Below, piece by piece: positions 34,391-46,600 of a DNA stretch of 64,000 bases. The stretch's first letter is position 1. Each line of letters opens with the position of its first letter. A program made the position numbers and the translations under genes. The notes beneath the pieces were generated by a model. The model was not told the DNA's origin and did not search any database. It saw only the letters and a list, made by a program, of their open reading frames with translations. Source of the DNA: Phaeosaccion multiseriatum (taxonomy: Eukaryota > Protista > Ochrophyta, other classes); the NCBI GenBank assembly GCA_965112735.1, contig OZ218953.1, positions 372,001-436,000 on the forward strand, written 5' to 3'.

Positions 34391-36351
34391 ATGGCTTCTC
34401 CCTCTTCTGTTAACAAGACCGCTGCTGCGGCATGGGGTATTCTCGACGCCGTGCTGGGGAGCAAAGAACTTTGGGGTGTGAGCAGGGTGCTCGATGCGAT
34501 GACCTCACGCACTCTGGTGCTGAATGCTGCCGTGCCATATCATGTCCTGCAGCAAATGCTTGGTCTACTCCGGTGGCAGCAGCAGGAAGAGGATAGGGAG
34601 ACTCGTGCTGTGCCTTTGGCTGGGCTCTCCGTTGGCAGCGGAGAGGGAGTGGGAAGCTTGGGGGTCGAAAACCGAGACGGAGCAAACGGAGATGCTGCAA
34701 ACAGAGACGCACGTTCCGCGTCGCAGCTGTGCACCTGGGCCCCTCCAGGAGGTGTCCCACACGTGCAGAGTTTGCTGAGAAAGCTCTCGTCACGAAAACG
34801 TTGGCGCTGTTACCGGCATCGGTCAAGCGTGTGGTCTTCTCCACCTATTACAATCAGGCCGACATTTCTCTACCTGCCACAGTGGAGGAGGTGCAAATGG
34901 GGCGTGGGTTTAATCTCCCTCTTGGCCTGCCTGCCTCGCTGAAGAAGATCACATTTGGCTTATGCTTCAATCAGCACGTGGTCCTTCCTGGCGGTGTGGA
35001 GGAGGTGGAGATGGGGGATGCCTTTAACCTCCCTCTTGACCTGCCTGCCTCGCTGAAGAAGATCAGATTTGGCAATCGCTTCAATCGGCACATGGTCCTC
35101 CCTTGTGCCGTGGAGGAGGTGGACATGGGGTGTGACTTTAATCTACCTCTGGGCCTCCCCTTGTCGCTGAAGAAGATCAGATTTGCTGAGTCCTCGAAGT
35201 TCAATCAACACTTGGTCCTTCCTTCTGGTGTGGAGGAAGTGGAGATGGGGAGTTACTTTGACCTCCCTCTTGACCTGCCTGCCTCGCTAAAGAAGATCCG
35301 ATTTGGCAAACCCTTCAATCAGCACGTGGTCCTCCCTTTGTCGCTGAAGAAGATCAGATTTGCTGGGTCCTCGGAGTTCAATCAGCACTTGGTCCTTCCT
35401 TCTGGTGTGGAGGAGGTGGAGATGGGGCGGAACTTTAACCTCACTCTGGATCTGCCTGCTTCGCTGAAGAAGGTCAAATTGAGCTACAAGTTCAATCAGC
35501 ACATGGTTCTTCCTTGTGGTGTGGAGGAGGTGGAGGTTGGGAAGCACTGTAACCTCCCTCTCATCCTCCCCGCCTCGGTGAAGAAGATCAAGTTTCATGA
35601 GGACTCAAGGTTCAGTCAGCACTTGGTACTTCCTAGTGGTGTGGAGGAGGTGCAGATGGGGCGTGTATTTAACCTCCCTCTGGATCTGCCTGCCTCGCTG
35701 AGGAAGATCAAATTCGCTTGGAGCTCCAAGTTCAATCAGCAAGACGTGGTCCTTCCGTATGGTGTGGAGGAGGTTGAGATGGGGGATAAATTTAATTTCC
35801 CTCTGGATCTGCCTACCTCGCTGAAGAAGGTCAAATTTGGCGACAATTTCAATCAGCATGTGGTACTTCCTCTCGGCGTGGAGGAGGTGGAGATGGGCTA
35901 TCGCTTCAAACTCCCTCTGGCCCTGCCTGCGTCAGTGAGAAAGATCATATTCGCTCCGCGTGCCAAGTTCAATCAGCACATAGTCCTCCCTCACGGTGTA
36001 GAGGAGGTAAACTTTGGGGGAAACGACATTACCGGCATTTATGATGGGGGAAATAGTACGGGCCGTTTTAATCTCCCTCTGGACCTGCCTACCTCGCTGA
36101 AGAAGATCACATTTGGATGTTTCTTCAACCACCATGTGGTTCTTCCTTCCGGTGTGGAGGAGGTGGTGATGGGACCTCACTTCAATCTCCCTCTGGAGCT
36201 GCCTGCTTCTTTGCGGACTCTTGAGCTGGGACCGAATTACACCTACCCTCTGGAGAGCCTGCCTGCTGGCCTGAGGAGGCTTAGAGTTGGGTTTGAGTGC
36301 CCATTACCTACAGCACTACCTGAGGGGCTTAAGGTGGATTATGTCTGGTAG
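34391..36351 (+). CDS. FNIP-type leucine-rich repeat protein; repeat region intronless, N-terminal junction unresolved
   Basis: About 24 repeats alternating FNQHxVLPxGVEEVxMG and FNLPLDLPASLKKIxF in ORF 34729-36351. The upstream ORF from ATG 34391 is in another frame, so an intron or frameshift is needed. Confidence 0.8.
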
Positions 36352-36798
36352 GGAAGATTGACTCATCAGTCAGCTGAGGACGTTGGAACTGTGGGGAGGA
36401 AGACAAACCTATCAGTTTATCGCTCTCCAGTTTTGAGTTTGTATGCATTTGTTGCAGAGAGAACGATTCAGCGAAGTGCGGACCAACCGGCCGTGAAGTG
36501 GAGGGGAGGGGAGGGGAGGGGGGCCTTGGGATTGGGATGGGCCAAGCAAGGTAGGCGCAATGCGGAATGCGGCATTGGCGGAGTGTTCCGCGGTTGCGCG
36601 GATGCAGACATACACCCTCGTGTGTGTACAAGACGCCAAGGAGGCGCAGCAGGATCGCTCGAAGGAAGAGGCCTTCGCTGTAAGTGCGTGCGTGGGACTT
36701 TCTAATCGGCCCAATCATTGGGAAGGAGGGCATGCAATGGTGTATTTTTAGGAGTAGAGATGAAAGGTCAATTAAACTAAACTAGTCTGAGGTGTGAG

Positions 36799-39700
36799 TT
36801 ACGCCACGGGCTGAAAGCCTGGCACCACTTCCTTTAGCCTCAGGTGCCGGACGAAGCTGGGCAGCAGAGCCTTGTCTTCGCACTTGAACTTGGCCTCGAG
36901 CTGGAACATGTCGGTATCGAACACGAGCTCCATCAGGCACACGCAGGCGGGCCGCAGGGAGCTGCTGCTGCTCTGCGCGCTGCTGTAGATCTTGGCCTGC
37001 TGCCCCACTATGCCGGACGCCACGACCTGAAGCAGGCAAGGCGAGCGGGAGTAGCGGCAAGAAACCGAGAGAGGGAAGGAGAGAGAGGGAGAGCCTGAGA
37101 ATGGTTGAGCGCGCGAAGGAAAAGGACCCGGGGCGAGCAGCGAGCTGACTTATGCAGGGAGAGCAGATAGACAGGAAGGAGCCCGTCTCCCTCCCTCCCT
37201 CCCTCTCTCCCTACCTTACTTACTCACTCACTCACTCCCTCTCTCCCTCTCTCTCTCCCCCCCCTCCCTCCCTCCCTCCCTCCCTCCCTCCCTCCTCCCT
37301 CTCTCCCTCCCTCCCTCCCTCCCTCCCTCCCTCCCTCCCTCCCTCCCTCCCTCCCTCCCTCCCTCCCTCCCTCCCTCCCTCCCTCCCTCCCTCCCTCCCT
37401 CCTTCCCTCCTTCCCTCCCTCACTCACTCACTCACTTACTCACTCACTCACTCACTCCCTCCCTCCCTCCCTCTCTCTCTCTCCCCCCTCCCTCCCTCCC
37501 TCCCTCCCTCCCTCCCTCCCTCCCTCCCTCCCTCCTCCCCTCACCTGGAACTTATAACGCTGCAGATGGGAAGCGACCACCGCCAACTCGGGCACCGCCT
37601 CCACGCGGCACCTGAAGCCCCCCCTATGCTCCATCACGTCCCACTTAGAGCGGAACTCCTCCGGAGACAGCGCGAGCTCACGTGACAGGGTCAGAGGCAG
37701 GGTGCGGCGGTGGTGGCCCTGCTGCCCGCTCTGTCCGCTGCGCAGACTCTCCGCACCGGAGCCAGAGAACACGCTGCCCCTCCCACTGCTGAGGCTCTCG
37801 GTGTCGTGCTCGCTGCCCCTTAGGCTGAAGGCCCTGTGCATTATCCACTCGGAGGTGGCCGACATGCCCCCTGCCCCGTCTCCCCCGTCTCCGGCGAGAG
37901 GGGCTCTCTGAGCTCGATTATTGGCGTCGAGGCCCATGTCGATGTCCGAGAGAGTGAGCTTGCGCGTGGCGCTTGCGGTGACTGAGCTTCTCCCGTCCTT
38001 CTTTACGTCTCCATCCTCGCTGTCGCTGCTGTCGGCGTCTGTATCTGTATCACTCTCGCTGCTGTCATCACTGCTGCTGTCATCACTGCCACTGGAGGAA
38101 TATGAGTCGTCACTCCGAATACCCCTTGCCCTCCTTCTGTCGTAGCTTGAGTCACCCGATGTGTCAGTAGCCTCGCCTTCGTACTCATCACCGGAGTTAA
38201 TAGGGCTGCGAAGATGGTCCTCCTTGCCAGTGCCAATCTCGATGTCATTGTCGTTTTCGAGGGAGTAGGGGCGCTTTCCCTGTGCGTCTCGCTGCAACCA
38301 GCCTGTCACCAGCAAGCACACCACCACCCCCAAGAACACGCACCATAGGTCGGTGATGGCCTGGAGTGGTGGCATCGTCGGGCAAGGAAGGGAGGGGAAG
38401 GGAGGAAGGGAGGAAGGGAGGAAGAAAGGAAGGAAGGAAGGAAGGAAGGAAGGAAGAAGGGAGGAAGAAAGGAAGGAAGGAAGGAAGGAAGGAAGAAGGG
38501 AGGAAGAAGAAGGGAAGCAAAGAAGCAAGGATAAGCTTCGTTTGTGGAGGTTTCCGACAGCGACCGCACACACTTACAGCACACACACACGCGCACCCAC
38601 ACACACACTTACATGTACGATGGTGATGACGGTGAGGGTGGTCTGAACGCTCCACCGCCCCGAGTAGTCCAGACTGTTGTTCCACGAGTACCCCACCCCG
38701 ACCCAGAGCCACACACCGACGCCCAGGTCCACAAGCTTCACCTTACAACACAAGAGGATGTAGTCCCAGTCGAGTACCACCTTGGGGTGGGGGAGGGAGG
38801 GAAGGGGAGGGAAGAGGAGGGAAGAGGAGGGGAGTAAGAGAATATGCAAAGCAAGAGCAAACAGCAAAGCAAGAGTAAACGACAAAGCTGACCTTGGGAT
38901 AGGTGGTGCCGTGCTTCTTCTTGCGTCTCAGCTCCCGTGCCTTGTGCCAGCCTTGCATGCAGGCAAGGCAACCAAACACGTTGAGGCACAGAGCCAGGTC
39001 CATGTTTCGGAATAGCGCCATGGCGACAAAGAGCAAGGTGAAGCTCTTGACGAGCAGCAGCAGCGTCAGAGGCAAGCCCGCCGTACCGCTGCGTGCGAAC
39101 TGCGGCGCCCAGTCGAACACTATCCCCGTCATGCCTACAACGAAGAGCATACACCCGAAGGCCAGGAGGTGCAGCCAAGCCAGCGCCACGATACGGTTGT
39201 ACACCTCCTTCGTCAGTCGCCGGGGCTCGCCCCAGATGGGGAGGAACAGCTGCGTGCGTACGTGTGTGCGTGCGTGCGTGCGTACGTGTGTGCGTGCGTG
39301 CGTGCGTGCGTGCGTTGGATGTGTGCGTGAGTGTGTGTGTGTGTGTGCGTGCGTGCGTGAGTATGCATGTGAAGGGGAAGGGGGTGATGGGTTCAGGAAG
39401 AGGAGGACTTAACGCGCGCTTGTTTGTGGCAGAAGCACGTATGGGGTGGGTGGGACCGTGACCCCTGGTGATCCAATGTGACCCTTAGTGACTTACTACC
39501 TTATCGTGACTTACTGACCTTGAAGCGTCTCCAGAAGAGGCTGAGCGCGTGTGTTCCTTCCGGACTAGTGGCGAGGAGGCCTTGCCACGCCAGGAATTTG
39601 ACCGACATGAGGGCAATCATGCCTGCCTGAGCGAACCTGCGCATGGTGTTCTCCAACTGTCGCCAGCGGGGAGAGGGGGGGGAGCCAAGACAGGGGCGAG

Positions 39701-42700
39701 TGATGTGTGTGTGTGTGTGTGTGTGTGTGGGTGTAAGAGGAAGAGGAAGAGAGGGAGGGGGGGAGAGGGAGAGAGGGAGAGAGAGCGGATGACCGACTGT
39801 CTGACCGACTATTCGACCGGCATCAGGTACTGATTGACTGACTGACTGACTGACTGACACAAGGTACTGACTGACTGACTGACTGACTGACTGACTGACT
39901 GACTACCCGAATGACTGCCTAGCTAAACAGACTGACTGACTGACTGACTACCTGACTGACACACTGACAGACTGACAGACTGACTGACTGACTGACTGAC
40001 TGACTGGCGGACTGACGGACAGACGGACTGACTGACTGACTGACTGACTGACTGACTGACTGACTAACTGACTGCCTGACGGACTGACTGACCTCCTGTG
40101 CCTTAGGGTGCTCAAAGTCCTCGTCCGTCTCCATGAGGGCGTGGGCGCGTGCGTCGGCGGTGAGGAAGTTGAGATCGAGCAGCAGCGAGAGGAGCATGGC
40201 GGCCGACAGAGTGTAATAGAACTTGCGTTGCCGAATCTGAGAAGAGGCACATGCGAGGGGCGAGGGGCATACGTGAGGCATACGTAAGGAGAGAGAGGGG
40301 GGGGGGGGGAGTGAGAGAGGGGAGGGAGCCAGGGAGAGAGTGAGGAAGAGAGAGAGCCGAGAGAGAGAGAATACAAGTCCGAAGAGTTGAAGGAAGCAGG
40401 CGGCGGCGCGAGATGATGGAGCATACGCGTGTGCGTGGGTGTGTGCGTGTGCGTGGGTGGGTGCGTGTCCCCCCCCTCCCCCCTCCTTACCTTCCTGGGC
40501 CGCCTGTCCACCCGGTCCGCTAGCCACAAGCACGCCACCGCGAGAGCCGAGTTGTACCCCGGGGTGGAGGGGTAGAGCTCCACGAGGAAGGCGAGCAGTA
40601 GCAGCAGCAGGCAAAGATTGATGACATAGGGGTTGCGGTAGATTTTGTCCACCACCTGTTGTTAGTGTTGGAGGTCAATGATTTTGTAACGTCAGGGTCA
40701 GGGTCAGGGTCAGGGTCAGGGTCAGGGTCAGGGTCAGGGTCAGGGTCAGAGCAAACCCAGCAGACCTATCAACAAATGCTCCGACTACACACCTGCGTGG
40801 CTGCCTGCTGGAGAGAGCGGCGCCGCTTGACGAGGATGGGCATGGGTGGGGCTTCGTTAAGATCGTCGTCCAGAGACCCTACAAGGAGCCCACCACCTTC
40901 CTTGTCATTGCCTTCCCTCTCTTTGCTTTTGCTGGCTCGCTTCTTGAGCCCTCCGGCCGCTTCGCTCTCTCCCGTGGGCGCTGCTTGCTCCTCTCCCTGC
41001 TCCCCTTCCCCTTCCCCGCCGCCGGACCCTCCCGCCTGTGCGCGATTGCCAGTCTCGAACTCAACCTTCCTCCCCACCCCGCTACTCTTCCCTCCTCCTG
41101 CTACACCATCGTCCCCTTCGTCGGGAGCAATCGCGACAGAACGATAGGACGCCCTCCCTGACCCCTTCCCACTCGACCGACCGCTCCCCTTCCCACCGGT
41201 TCCTGCCAGAGCGTTGGCCAGCGCCCGAGCAGAGTCCGTAAGCATTTTGAGCGCTCCACCTCCACTCCCACCCCCACTGCCGTCGTCGTTGTCTCCTCCA
41301 TCCAGTTTTCCGAGCGTGAGCTGTGGAATGGCGTGCGCACGCACTGCATCATCCTCCGTGGCGGACGCGCGATCGACCACGCTCACCCCTGCGCCACTCA
41401 CGCCCGCCTCCAGAGAGAGCAGCGCCAGGCCCAGGCTCTGCAGGGGGGAGAAGGGCTGTGAGAAGGACACGGTCCATTCGTTGCTCCCGCTGCTGCCCCC
41501 GCTACCGCCGCTGTCGCTGATGCCGCTGTTCTTGAGCAGCTGCAGGGCAGGTACACGCAGTGAGGAAGGGTCCGCGTCATTGGGTGCCAGAAGCTGCACG
41601 CTCTCTGCAGCAGAGGCCGAACGGCTCGGATGAGCACTCGCACTGGGGCCAGCAGCAGCAGCAGCAGCGCCCTTGGAGGGAAGGAGCGCGTTCTTGGACG
41701 GCTTCCAACCCTCGAACAGGTCTAATTCAAAGGCCTTGTTGGCAGGGGACCACACCGCTGTGTTGCTCTTGAGCACCTGGATGCGGCTGTGGCTGTCCAA
41801 GGAGGACCCACCAGCAGCACCAGCAGCAGTGGTGGCCTTCTCTCCACTTTCCCACAAACCGGCCCCTCCTACACTGCCTCTGTGCTTTGCCTCTCCTCCT
41901 CCCTCCGATGACGACGAGGAGGACGAGAGCGGGGACGAGGACCACAAGAAGCACCGGTTGCTGTTGTCAAGGCACTTGGGAACGTACGCAGACATAGTCC
42001 TCGGGTGCTGCTGGGTAGACCCGCCCTCTTCGGTGGGCAGAGAAGACGCCTTGATCCTGGCAGCGAGGATCTCTCCCAGCTCCGTTGCCTCGCCCCTCCG
42101 GCCTTCGGGCGGGCCCATGACGGTCATGGAAAAGGAGCACTCGCCTGTGGAGGACCCTTCTTCCGTCGCCCCTCCCCCCCCTCTCCTCCCCTTCTTGAGC
42201 TGGGCCAGCGGCAGGGCTGCAGCAGACATGAGGTCCGCCCCAACACCGCTCTTCCCCCCCCTGCTGCTCCCCTTGGTGAGGCACAGCACTCCTCCTCCCG
42301 CGTCTCCTCCCAACCACTCCGCAAAGACATTCGTTGCCTCTCCTCCCGCTCCTCCTGTGGGTACGATGCTGCACTCGTACCTGCGCTGCCCCGTCGGGGT
42401 GATACCCCTCCGCACGGTGGCCGTCATACCCCCCGGGTACTTGTCTGCGGGCTGCAGCAGCCACTGGTCCTCCTCCGGGATGTGGTTCAGTCGCGCGACT
42501 CGCAGCTGCTCTCCCGCCGCATTCTCATCCCACTTGTCGCCCCCCCCATCTGGGCCACCTGCGCCGTCCCTGTCCCTTGCTGAGCCTGGGCCGGAACCAG
42601 ATAAGGATCCTGCGGCGAGTGCTGCTGCGCTGGCTGCCGCTGCCGCGTGCGCGGCCCCTGCCGCCCGAGAGAGCTGACTCGGCCGCCTGTCCCTGGTAAA

Positions 42701-43600
42701 ACCTGCCGGAAGGCCATCCGCATGCCCGGCACCAGGGCTCCCGCGGCCTCTACGGATAGCATCATCATCGTCGTCGTCGCTCATGAGGCCGGGGTTAATG
42801 GTGGGTGTGCCCTGCGTGGCCTTGCCAGAGATGACGTTGGACATGGCCTGAGAGAAGCTCTGGCCGATGCTGCTGAGGTCAGCCCCGGCGGGCTTGGCTG
42901 TCTTCTTACCCCTGCTACTGTCATCCTCCTCATCCCCTTCGCTGCTTTCGGCTACGCTCCTGCTCGATGTCACTTCCCCAACCTTCTCGTTCTCTTCTTT
43001 GGCATCCTCACTACTCCTGCTGGACCGCATACGATCCAGCACTGGCTGCTCCAGCCGAGCTCTGCCAGAGGGAGGTCCCGATAGAGGAGGGCCCGAAGGA
43101 GGAGGGGCAATACCTTTTAACGGTGGAAGCGTTCTCTTGGCGCTCTCTTGCTGCTGCTGCTTCTTCTGCTGCTGCGGACCCTCGTCGGTATCGTTGGGGA
43201 ACGCGAAAGCGCTGCTACAGCCCCCCCTTGCTCCTCCTTCTCCCCCTTCGTGCCCTTCTGTCTTTCCCCCCTCCTGGTCCGAGGGCGAAACCCTTCTGTC
43301 GACTGGTGATGGAGAAGGAGATGCTGAAGCAGGGACGAAGAGACCGGAGCTCGAAAGTGCCTGCGCCGACTTGACCTCGGCCGCCGAGGGCCGCCTGCGA
43401 GCTGGACTTCCCCCGCCACGTAGAGGGCTTAATGATGGAGCTGGTTCACCGTCCTTCTCGTCATCGCTGTCGTCTTTCCTCTCATCTCGGGCACTCATGG
43501 CTTCTGCACGGCTCGTGCTCACGCCATGCGTTACAGATTTTCTTCGCCAACTGTGATATCTTTGCGTGTTGGTTGTCCATTTTTTTTTGTTCGGCGACAT
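36799..43600 (-). CDS. Multidomain protein: degenerate Tubby domain, multi-pass TM region, acidic linker, beta-adaptin appendage C-terminal-like domain
   Basis: Tubby-like motifs LLQP...TVRR...PRTMSAYVP...LKSNTAVW...FELDL...WTVSFSQPFSPLQSLGLALLSL (about 42475-41410). A phase-0 intron 40792-40656 joins to hydrophobic exons. C-terminus LSPEEFRSKW...HLQRYKFQ|VVASG...KIYSSAQ...CLMELVF...AKFKCED. Confidence 0.65.
37188..37535. repeat. (CCCT)n/(CACT)n intronic microsatellite
   Basis: Long tetranucleotide run seen directly. Confidence 0.85.
39829..40092. repeat. (GACT)n intronic microsatellite
   Basis: Degenerate tetranucleotide run; a similar run lies at about 51692-51815. Confidence 0.85.
40691..40749. 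repeat. (TCAGGG)n hexamer array in an intron
   Basis: About 9.5 perfect copies. Confidence 0.85.
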
Positions 43601-43651
43601 CGTTCGACGGCGGCCTCGACCTCCTCCCGGACAGTAGTGGCAGCAAGCTGC

Positions 43652-46600
43652 ATGAGAAAAGCGAAGGCGGCGGCGATCTTGCCTTTGGCCGGGTCGGCGT
43701 CTGCATTTCTCTCGGTGCTGCCCATTGGTGCTAGTTCTGCTGTGGCTGCTGGCCGCACAGGGGCACGTACCCCCCGTTCCTGCTACTGCTTATCGGTAGC
43801 TACTAGGAGACAGGGTGGGTCAGTAATTGGTCCCCTGGCGGGATCAAGAAGGGCGGAATCACGGGTGGAGGGCAGCACAGCAGTACGCGCTGGCAGGAAA
43901 GGGAGTCTACCCTTATCTGTGAGGAGCCGAAGAAGGCCCTTTTCCTCTCTCTCGGCGCTGCGGAAAGCGGCAGCAGTAGCGGACACCTCCGCAGGGAGAG
44001 TAGGGTCGACTGGCTCAGAGTTAGGAGGGCGGGTCGCAGAGGAGCGAGAGCAGATGTCTCAGTCAACAAGTCTTCCTGCTGAGGTTTCGGCGGCCCTCTC
44101 TGCCCTCTATGGCCTGGAGCGGGCCTCCTCCTCCTTGGAGGCGTGCCGCCCCTGCAAGCTGTGCTTGGTGACATCCGGCGCGGGAGGAGCCGCCGTCTCG
44201 TGGCTGTTGGGCATGCCAGGAGCGAGTGCGGTCTTGTTAGAGGCCTCGGTCCCCTACTCCCACTCAGCGAGCAAGCCATGGATGCGCTTCATCGACGACC
44301 GCCCGGAGGATAAGAGTGGCAGTGGCGCTGGTGTTAGCGCTAGTGCTGGTGCCCCCAGTCGGTCGCCCTCGCTGTGCTCACCGCAAGCTGCAGCCTCCAT
44401 GGCCAAGGCGGCGTTCCACCGCGCGGTGCAGCTGCGAGTAGAGGGAGATGGACTCTCCTCTCTCGACCCGGCCAGTGCAGAGGATGAAGTCATACTTCTC
44501 GGCGTGGGCTGCACTGCTGCGGTGGCGTCTGTTCACCCCAAGAAGGGGGAGCACCGCTGTCACATTGCCACTTACTCGCAGCTCGGCAAGGGGGCCGTGA
44601 GTCTAACGCTGGCCAAGGGGCGGAGGAACCGCGCGGGAGAGGACGACGTGGTGAGTCGTCTGATGCTGCAGGCAGTCCTCCTGGCCGTGGGGAGGGGGGA
44701 GAGCGATGGACTCGTGCGAGATCTGGACCCCACGGGGAGGAGGGCGGGAAGAAGCGCTCCAGGAGGAGGAGGAGGAGGAGGAGGAGGAGGAGAAGAGCAG
44801 GGGATGGACAAGGAGGAGGAGGAAGAGGAGGAAGAGAGGCCGCAGTGGGAGCCCACCTTCGAGGCGCACTCGCGCAGCACCATAGAGAGGCTGCTCAGTG
44901 GCGAGGCGGAGAGTGCTGTGGTGCTGCCGACCCGTCGGGGAAGGGGAGGAGTCGGAGCGCTCGGCACAGAAGATGTGGATGAAGACACAGAGGGAAGAGA
45001 GGGAGGAGGCAGCAGCCCTTCCCCGAGTAACGGTAGAGGTGGGGATGATGACGATGATGAGTGGGTGACGTTCGCCGACGCGTGCATCCCTCACGGCACT
45101 CTTATCTACCCGGGGAGCTTCAACCCCCTTCACGAGGGGCACTTGGAGCTTGTACAGGCGGCAAAAACATTCGTGCTCCAAGGACGGAGGGGGGGCGAGG
45201 CTGGAGGGGGGGATGGCAGTGGAGGGGTGCGAGGGGTAGAGGCCCTGTTCGAGATGAGTGTGTCCAACGCAGACAAGGGGACGCTTTCGATGGACGTGGT
45301 TGTGGAAAGAGCCCACCAGTTTTCACAGCCGAAGACGAGGGTGAGAAGCCGAGGCAGTGTGCGACTTGGAGCTCGGTGAAACGGTCAATTGTGTGTCAAG
45401 GCTCTGAAGGGATGGGTGGGTTGGAATGAGGTGAACCGTAAGTTCTGTCTTCGCTTTTGTCACGTCTGTCCCCACCCGGCGCGTCCGTCGCCGTTACCTA
45501 CATAGCTCACACGCCTTTTTTTTTTTTTGCTGCTACTGCTTACTGTTATCCTCCCTCCTCCTGCCTTCACCTCCCTGCTCTCTCAAGATTCCCATCGTAC
45601 TCACTCGGGCGCCGCTGTTCGTGGACAAGGCCCGGCTGTTCCCCGGGTGCGTGTTCGTGCTGGGGGCTGATACCATTGCGAGACTCGTGGATCCAAAGGT
45701 ACGCAGGACGAGTATGCTGAGAGGGGAGAGGGGGGAGGGAGAGAGGGAGGGAGGGAGGGGAGTAGAGGACAAGTCCTGCGGGGGGCGGAGAGGAGTAGTG
45801 TTATGGAGATTGGAACAAGTACAAGAAGGAGGGGGAGGGAGGGAGGGAGGGAGGGAAGGCGGTAGACCTCTTTTCAGCCCCATACCTCGTCCTCGGAACA
45901 GACTGGTCCTCCCACGGTGTAACTGCTTTATACGGTACGCTTCGGGAATGCTCTGGGTCTCTCTCGCGCTCGACACTAATCCGCTCGACACTAATCCGCT
46001 CGACACTAATCCGCTCGACACTAATCCATGGCAATCCATGGCATGTCCTACCCTCCCTCCCGCCTGCCCACCCCTGTGAGCAGTACTACAACAACAGCGT
46101 GGTGGAGATGGCGACTGCTCTGGCGGAGATCCAACACCTCGGCTGCTCCTTCATCGTGGGGGGAAGGCTCGAGCAATCCAAAGGTAAGCCCCCCCCCCCG
46201 CCCCTCCCGTCTCGAAGCGTGTCGCCTGCTTCCATTTCTCCATCGTTTGGATGCTGTTGCCACCGTCGCTTCTCGAGGCGGAAGCTCTCACGCGATTCCC
46301 AACTCTGCGTCCAACCCACTACGATTTCATGTCCTGACACCACCACTACTACTCCATGTCCTGACACCTCTGACCTACTCCCACCCCGCTCCTCATCCAT
46401 GCCCTGACACCCTCTCTGGCCTCCTCAAACCGCACCGCTCCTCTCTGTCCTGGCACTCTACACCCTCTCCATGTCCTGACACCCTACACCCTCTCTCTGT
46501 CCTGACACCCCACACCCTCTCCATGTCCTGACACCCTACACCCTCTCTCTGTCCTGACACCCCACACCCTCTCCATGTCCTGACACCCTACACCCTCTCC

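Noticed and set aside
40691-40749. Telomere or interstitial telomeric tract
   Set aside because: Short TCAGGG variant inside an intron, in a genome full of simple repeats; no chromosome-end context.
41673-43556. Long plus-strand ORFs
   Set aside because: Antisense shadows of the GC-rich Tubby exon with no recognisable motifs.
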